Of a stretch of 64,000 bases of DNA, positions 58,024 through 64,000 are shown one piece after another. The stretch's first letter is position 1, and the number at the start of each line of letters is the position of its first letter. Below the pieces are notes generated by a model that saw only the letters and a list, made by a program, of their open reading frames with translations, was not told the DNA's origin and made no database searches. A program made the translations under genes and the position numbers. The stretch covers positions 12,377 to 76,376 of the forward strand of contig BLSG01000231.1 in assembly GCA_012862495.1 (NCBI GenBank). The letters are read 5' to 3'. Source of the DNA: Thraustochytrium aureum. Its lineage: Eukaryota.

Positions 58024-59799
58024 CTAGTGGTCCATGATGCGCAGGTTGCCAGTGATCACCTTGTCGCGCACCACCGAGCCGCTGCAAATGTCGATGTGCG
58101 ACCCCTCCTCGGCGACGATGATCACAGTCCCTTTGAGCACGACGTGGTTACGAAAGTGCACGTCGCCAGACACCGTGAGGTGCTCGAGGTCAATCAGGTC
58201 TGGCACCCCGAAAGGCAGCCGCTTGGTGTACTCCTCCACGGTGCGAAAGTAAGGCCCAAGCTTGACGGTGGGCACTGGCGGCGATATGGTCCTGCGCTCG
58301 CTGAGCCGCAGCGCGCCGTGCTTGACCGTGAAAAGGTCCGACTGCACCGCGAACAAGTCGTCGGTGGTCTTGACGGGGAGGAACCGGCTGCGCGGGACGA
58401 CCAGGACCGAAACGTTTTCGAAGAGCGAGATCGCCGAGCCCGCCGCGGTTTCAAACGTGAGCGACGGGACGCCTTCCTCCTGGCTGGCTCCCCGCGTGAG
58501 CTTTTCCCGAGCAATGACGGGCAGGTCCAAGCTCTTGTTGACCGAGACGAGGCTCTGCAGGTCGCGCAAGTTGACCCAGAGGTTGTTTGTGTTGAACTTG
58601 TTGAAGCGCGTGTCGCGCCGCAGGGTGTCGCCGAGCTGCTTCGAGAGCGCAGAGGCCTCGAGCAGGAGCGGCTTGCCCTTGTGCTCGACCAGCGTGCCGC
58701 CCGACACATCCTGCCGCTCGCGCTTGGTCACCTCCATGCAGAACTTGCGGTCGTGCTCCATGATGTGGTACAGGATGCTCAAGTCTACCGTGGCGCCGAG
58801 GTTGTCGATATTGCTTATGAAAACGTATTCTTTGCCCATACTGACGAGCTGCTGCAGCAGGCCACAGCGCGCAAGGGCCGTGTACACGTCGCCGTGGCCT
58901 GGCGGGTACCACAGGCCTTGCGTTTCGGCCGACATCTTTTCTGTGGGCATCGGCTCTAGTGTGCTCTTGTCGAGGCGCGGGAAGCAGCTCTGGCGGAACG
59001 TGCGGATGGAGACGTGCCGCTCGGCGTAGCGCGACAGGACGCGTTTCGTCTCCTCGTCGGTGTTGAACGAGTTCATCAGCACAAGCGGCACGTCCACGCC
59101 GTGCTTCGTGTTGAGAAACTCGACTTGCCTCACGGCCATGTCGAGGAAGCTCAGCGAGTTGCGCACTTCGACGGCCGACTTGGGGCCCTTGCACCCCATG
59201 CTGGTGCCAAGGCCGCCGTTCAGGCGCAGAATCACCAGCTTGTTGAGCAGTTCGTGCGTCAGGTTCATGTCGTCGGGGCACCGCGGGATGGACCCGTAGT
59301 GGGTGCAGTGCACGGTCTGCGGCGTTCCCTGCTGTGCGTCTTCTCTTGGAGAAGAGCTTTCGCTCGCAAGAGAGGCGATCTGCGCCGCCAAAGCCGGGCC
59401 GCCTCCGCCAGATACTGGAGACTGGGCTTCGCGCGCCCACGCGGCCTGTGCGTCAGTTTCGCTGTTGCTGCGCCCTGTTGCAATGCCGGCTGCTGCGGCG
59501 CCCTGTGCTGCTGCTTCGCCGCTCGCGAGCGCCTCGGCCATTTCCCGCGCTGCTGCGGCCTCGATGAAAGGCTGGTCCACGCCAAAGTCTTGGGCGGGTG
59601 GCGGGGGCGTCTTTGGCCCGGCGCCCTCCTTGACGGGTGAGATGGTGTCGATCTTGAGGTCTTTCATGGCGCGCAGGTTGGCGTTGTACCGCTGCACGTA
59701 CCGCGTAAACTCCTCGGCGGCCTTGGGGTCCATCACGCCTTGCTGTTTGTACGCCTCCACATTCTCCACGATCTGCTCGAGCGACCTGGCCGAGATCAT
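58024..59799 (-). CDS. UGP2: UTP-glucose-1-phosphate uridylyltransferase (UGPase)
   Basis: LRLNGGLGTSMGCKGPKS, LMNSFNT, WYPPGHGDV, SNIDNLGA, FNTNNLW, VPRSRFLPVK, LEHLTVSGDVHF. Confidence 0.95.
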   Translation of the reverse strand: MISARSLEQIVENVEAYKQQGVMDPKAAEEFTRYVQRYNANLRAMKDLKIDTISPVKEGAGPKTPPPPAQDFGVDQPFIEAAAAREMAEALASGEAAAQGAAAAGIATGRSNSETDAQAAWAREAQSPVSGGGGPALAAQIASLASESSSPREDAQQGTPQTVHCTHYGSIPRCPDDMNLTHELLNKLVILRLNGGLGTSMGCKGPKSAVEVRNSLSFLDMAVRQVEFLNTKHGVDVPLVLMNSFNTDEETKRVLSRYAERHVSIRTFRQSCFPRLDKSTLEPMPTEKMSAETQGLWYPPGHGDVYTALARCGLLQQLVSMGKEYVFISNIDNLGATVDLSILYHIMEHDRKFCMEVTKRERQDVSGGTLVEHKGKPLLLEASALSKQLGDTLRRDTRFNKFNTNNLWVNLRDLQSLVSVNKSLDLPVIAREKLTRGASQEEGVPSLTFETAAGSAISLFENVSVLVVPRSRFLPVKTTDDLFAVQSDLFTVKHGALRLSERRTISPPVPTVKLGPYFRTVEEYTKRLPFGVPDLIDLEHLTVSGDVHFRNHVVLKGTVIIVAEEGSHIDICSGSVVRDKVITGNLRIMDH

Positions 59800-60021
59800 A
59801 CTGTATCCCAGCCGGCGCTAACCTGCAAGACGAACGAAACAGCCGGGCTTTTGCAGCCCCGCCGCACGAGCACCCTTCAGCCCAACGCTTTTCTTTCCAC
59901 GGGCAACCGTGCAGCGCACGAGTGCTCGAGCGCGCCACAGGCAACCGTGCAGCGTCCTCGAGCGCAACCTGCAGCTCCGGCTGCCCTTTCGCCCGCGTTG
60001 CAAGCAGGCAGGCTGCGTCTG

Positions 60022-60032
60022 CGAGCGAGCGA

Positions 60033-60091
<59 letters not shown>

Positions 60092-60092
60092 T
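60022..60092. repeat. (GCGA)n(GCGT)n microsatellite
   Basis: About 15 GCGT copies upstream of UGPase. Confidence 0.95.
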
Positions 60093-60171
60093 GGGCAAGC
60101 AACTCACGGCGTGGCAACCGCGCGTCGCGTTCGCGCGGCCGCAGCTCAACGTCGCTCTCGCCCAGCAGTGA

Positions 60172-60222
60172 ATGGATGGGTGGATGGATGGACGGACGGA
60201 TGGACGGATGGACGGATGGATG
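60172..60222. repeat. (GGAT/GGAC)n microsatellite
   Basis: Visible directly. Confidence 0.9.
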
Positions 60223-61129
60223 CTGCCGCTCGATGGATGCTCAATGGATGCGCTGCTGCTCTCGGTCGATCGATGCCACGTCGAGCTATCTTCTTCTTGG
60301 GGTGCTGCTGGGCTGCTCTGTGGCCAAAGCCACAGTATGTTCTTTTGTTCTTCACGTCAATCCCGCTTGAGTCTGTGTTGTTCTTTTATTCCGTGACTCG
60401 ATAGGCGATCCACTCGAATTCATCGCTTTTGCTCGAATTNNNNNNNNNNNNNNNNNNNNNNNNNNNNNNNNNNNNNNNNNNNNNNNNNNNNNNNNNNNNN
60501 NNNNNNNNNNNNNNNNNNNNNNNNNNNNNNNNNNNNNNNNNNNNNNNNNNNNNNNNNNNNNNNNNNNNNNNNNNNNNNNNNNNNNNNNNNNNNNNNNNNN
60601 NNNNNNNNNNNNNNNNNNNNNNNNNNNNNNNNNNNNNNNNNNNNNNNNNTAGGTATTTCCTGTGCTTCACTCGAATTCTGCAACTTCGTGAGCAAACAGA
60701 GTCCAGGAGGTAGGTCACACGAATTCGTTCAACTTCGTTCCTCCCCTTGGGAGAGGGCCAGGCTGGCAAGGAACATAGAGAATATAAATTGTTCGTCGCT
60801 GGTTGCTCGTGAAATGGGGCAGCAGAGGCGCTTCGAGCAGGGCAGCCGAGCAGGAGGCGGGGACGCGGCGCAGCGCCGAAGCAGTGCGGCGGCCACGCCG
60901 GCCGCGCGAGGAGGCGGAGGAGCTGCGGCAGCGAGGCAGTGGAGGCACGGCTCGGTCGCGAGCTGCACCGGCTTTGGGGTGTGAAGTTTGGCTGGTTTTT
61001 CACTCGGTTTTGGCTGGGGAATTGTCTTGGGGGCGGAAGCGCGCTTGACGGGGGCAGCTGACGCGCCACCGCGCGCTGACCGTCGGAGCTGGCCGCTGGG
61101 CGCGCGTGGGGCGCGGAGGGAGGGCGAGG

Positions 61130-62200
61130 ATGAACGCCGGGGATCCGTTCGAGTGGTACTTTGAGATACCCGTCGTGTCGAGGGCGTATTTTACCGCCTC
61201 GTTCTTGACGACGGCGGCCTGCGCGCTGGAGCTCGTGTCGCCTCTGACGCTGTACTTTAACTACAAGCTCATCTTTGAGAAGGGCCAAGTATGGCGCCTG
61301 GTGACCAACTTTTGCTTCTTCGGGATGTTCAGCCTCGACTTTGTCTTCCACCTGTACTTTCTGGTTCGGTACTGTCGGCTGCTGGAGGAGAACAGCTTTC
61401 GGAACCGCACAAGCGACTTTGTGGCCTTCATTGTGTTTGGGATGGTTCTTATGTCTTTGATCGCGCCGTTCGTCAACATCCCCTTCTTTGGCTCCTCGCT
61501 GACTTTCATGATGGTCTACGTCTGGGGCCGCCGCAACGAGCACGTGCGCATGACGTTCCTCGGGCTCTTCCCCTTCTCGGCTCCGTACCTGCCATGGGTG
61601 CTCTTCGCGTTTTCGCTCGTTCTGGGTTCCTCGGCGGTTGTCGACCTCATCGGCATCGCGGTCGGGCACCTCTACTTTTACTTTGACGACATCTACCCGT
61701 CAGTTGCGGAAATCCGCGGCTGGAAGCCGCGCAGGTATTTGCGCGTATCAGAGCTGTTCCCTGCGCAGGACGAGGTCAACGTCGAAGTGGCGGACCCAGT
61801 TCTCGGCACAGGGATCGGCGCGGCTGCAAATACAGACCCAGCTCAGCTGCCGACGCCACTCAACGGGGCAGCGCCAGAATCCCAAAGCGGCGCGACAGAG
61901 GACAACACCGACGGTGGCGATCCAAGCGCCGCTGCAGTGCCAGACGTGGAGCCCATCACAGAGTGGCAGACGATTGGCGCAGAGGATGCTGCTCTGGAGC
62001 CCGCGCCCAGGCCAGCGTCGCTCGAGCTCGACGACGAGCTCGCTGTTGAGAGCAGCGAGAACGCGCAAGCCGCAGACCCCACTCCCAGCATGGGAGAGCC
62101 TGCTGCGCGAACCCCAGGAGAGGAGAGGATGAGTTTTGACACAGCAACCGCGGGACTGCGGCAGAGACGCGCTGCGGACGGACCCCCAAACAGCGAGTGA
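61130..62200 (+). CDS. Derlin (Der1-like ERAD rhomboid pseudoprotease), Derlin-2-type, with acidic C-terminal tail
   Basis: IPVVSRAY, QVWRLVTNF, RYCRLLEENSFR, YVWGRRN, APYLPWV, GIAVGHLYFYFDD. Confidence 0.93.
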   Translation: MNAGDPFEWYFEIPVVSRAYFTASFLTTAACALELVSPLTLYFNYKLIFEKGQVWRLVTNFCFFGMFSLDFVFHLYFLVRYCRLLEENSFRNRTSDFVAFIVFGMVLMSLIAPFVNIPFFGSSLTFMMVYVWGRRNEHVRMTFLGLFPFSAPYLPWVLFAFSLVLGSSAVVDLIGIAVGHLYFYFDDIYPSVAEIRGWKPRRYLRVSELFPAQDEVNVEVADPVLGTGIGAAANTDPAQLPTPLNGAAPESQSGATEDNTDGGDPSAAAVPDVEPITEWQTIGAEDAALEPAPRPASLELDDELAVESSENAQAADPTPSMGEPAARTPGEERMSFDTATAGLRQRRAADGPPNSE

Positions 62201-62203
62201 CGC

Positions 62204-63577
62204 ATGATGTATAAAGCAAATAGAATATTTTTTAAAACCCGAACTCGCGGGAGACCATGGCGCGCAAATCGCGGCGTTTCGCGCCGAAACTTGGAGCCTC
62301 TTATCGACGAGCGCAATTCTGCAGGAGCGCGCAGCTGGCGTCGCTTGGCAAACAGCTCGCCAAGTTGTGGCCCGCGCTTCTTCCTCGCAAGCTGGGCGAC
62401 CGCCACCGCAACCAGGGGTTCCCGACGGGCCCGACTCCGTTCGTCGCGGCTCGACGACGGCGTCGCAACCCAACCCGGCGAGTGCGGCAAAAGTGCGGCG
62501 CTCGATCTACTAGACCACAACCGTGAAACAGCCGCTCGCTCTGGGACTTGGAAGAAGGACAGACTAGCCGCCGATGCCATGATTACGATGCGCGAGTTGC
62601 TGGACTCGCACGATGCGCAACAGCTTTTCGAGAACTCGTACAACGAGTCACAGCGTCACACTATCCACGCTCTGCAGGAAGAGAGCTCGAGCACGCATCC
62701 CCTGCGGCGGCAAAGGCGGGAACGTCGGATACGGCGTGTTCTAGCAAAGCCTAACATTTGGAATCGTTGTCTCGTCGGCGATGAACGACCCAACTTTGAT
62801 CACCCGCCATGCATCACGAGGCTCGGCTCGAGCCGCCACCACCCACATCTGTCATCGAGTTCCTCACCGGCAGTGCCCACACTCGCTTCACTGTCGTGGC
62901 GGCAACCCGGGCTCCGGCAAGCCGAAGCGCCTCTATGTTCACGTTTCTATGTACAGGCTGCAGATGTTGTTGCACGCGTGGGCGACCGTGCTCGTCGTCC
63001 TCGGCAAGCGGGGTCGCACCATCCGTTTTTGCACCCGACCCCGACGGTGTGTGGGACGTCCGCGCAGCGCCAGGTATCGATGTCATCAAGCGAAGGAGCA
63101 GGACAACTCGAGAGCCGTCGTCTTCGGCGACACTATCCAGGCGGACTTGTACCGGCAGACTCGACACGACACGCGGCAATCAACGTGATGCGCTGTCGAA
63201 TCCACCCAGGGTATCCATCCCCTCGGCTGCTGACGGGCTGCAAATGTATTCTTCAATATAATGGTCATTGGCTACTGCCCCACCATGGAACTGGCCAAGG
63301 CGGGTTCAGGATGCACCTGGCACTGGCATGGCGCGAGTCCAGTTGCAGCCCTGAACGAGCGAGTTCGTTTTTGCAACACCCGCCGCGCACAAGCCCCTCT
63401 CGGGGTGCCGCTGGCTGCTGCTGTCTCACAAATCGCAGACAATCGCCGGCGGATGCGGAGATAGCAGGTGAGGTTCGGGACGCGCTTCGTCGACTCCGTA
63501 TTTTCATGACCGATCGCGGCGAGCAGTATGCACAAGTCGCAGCGAAGCCGCGTCACGAGTCGCGACCGTTTGCCTAG
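62204..63577 (+). other. Atypical long ORF; possible degenerate MULE-like transposase remnant
   Basis: Lacks the GC3-rich codon pattern of neighbouring genes. Weak motifs: ADST, NIMVIGYC..E....W.W (alternative frame) and RIFMTDRG. Confidence 0.2.
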
Positions 63578-64000
63578 CGCAGGAACCTACTGCGAAAGTC
63601 GTCCTCAAGCACAAGCGACGGCGGGTTCCCGTCTTTGCCTGGCGGCAACTGGGACACATAGTCTTCCTGGGAGAGGAGTTCGAACGTGAGCTCGAGCGCC
63701 ACGGCCTCCACTGTTGCCCGCCCCTGCTCTGGGTGAAACTCGTAACCGAGGGCGACGTGCATGCCCTGGACGACGCCATTCTCGACGCGGTACGTCTGTG
63801 AGAGGACCACGCCGTGCTCTTCGTCAAAGCTTGAGTAACCCTCTGCGTTCGTGAGCGGGTGGCGAATCGCTTCAAAGCGGCGCCGCGAGTCATTCACCCC
63901 AAAATGTTCGTTGGTGGTGCGGACCGAGCGGGTGGCGGCAGCGTGAGCCTCGGTGTCTGGAACGTAGAGCAGCCGAACAGGCTCAAGGCGGTGATGCGCC
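63574..64000 (-). CDS. C-terminal part of an uncharacterised protein (extends beyond window)
   Basis: Open frame from the window edge (AHHRLEPVRLLYVPDTE..) to TAG at 63574, with GC3-rich codons. Confidence 0.6.
   Translation of the reverse strand, partial: AHHRLEPVRLLYVPDTEAHAAATRSVRTTNEHFGVNDSRRRFEAIRHPLTNAEGYSSFDEEHGVVLSQTYRVENGVVQGMHVALGYEFHPEQGRATVEAVALELTFELLSQEDYVSQLPPGKDGNPPSLVLEDDFRSRFLR

Noticed and set aside
13318..62200. Functional gene clusters (BCKDHA+E1; UFM1+Derlin)
   Set aside because: The pairs are interspersed with unrelated genes, and chance adjacency in a gene-dense genome is sufficient without synteny evidence.

Overview
GC-rich, gene-dense, intron-poor EUKARYOTIC nuclear DNA broken by about 24 N-gaps. 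The best guess is a flagellate-stage stramenopile such as a labyrinthulomycete/thraustochytrid. This is an inference from the inverted OMPDC-OPRT fusion, the axonemal dynein p28 gene and short GC-rich GT-AG introns. Recognisable genes: two NIPA-like transporters, RPL36, a SWIM-finger pseudokinase, a sulfotransferase, BCKDHA, UMPS (OMPDC-OPRT order), a divergent 2-oxoacid dehydrogenase E1, DNALI1, a CAP-Gly/IQ/EF-hand PPEF phosphatase, an SGNH protein, Twinkle, LIG1, ATP23, UFM1, UGPase and Derlin. Many genes, including essential ones, carry single-base indels in homopolymer runs, which I read as sequencing error; coordinates below bridge these. The most novel-looking item is a large protein (~50.0-55.5 kb) with a PH-like region, two degenerate kinase domains and two tandem Raw/OLRN-1-like (nucleoside-deoxyribosyltransferase/TIR-like fold) domains. 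Other unusual architectures are FN2-like+NIPA, CAP-Gly+PPEF and SWIM+pseudokinase. Palindromic (CTAG)n tracts recur at gene boundaries. I found no CRISPR, rRNA or tRNA. All domain calls are by-eye motif recognition, not database searches.
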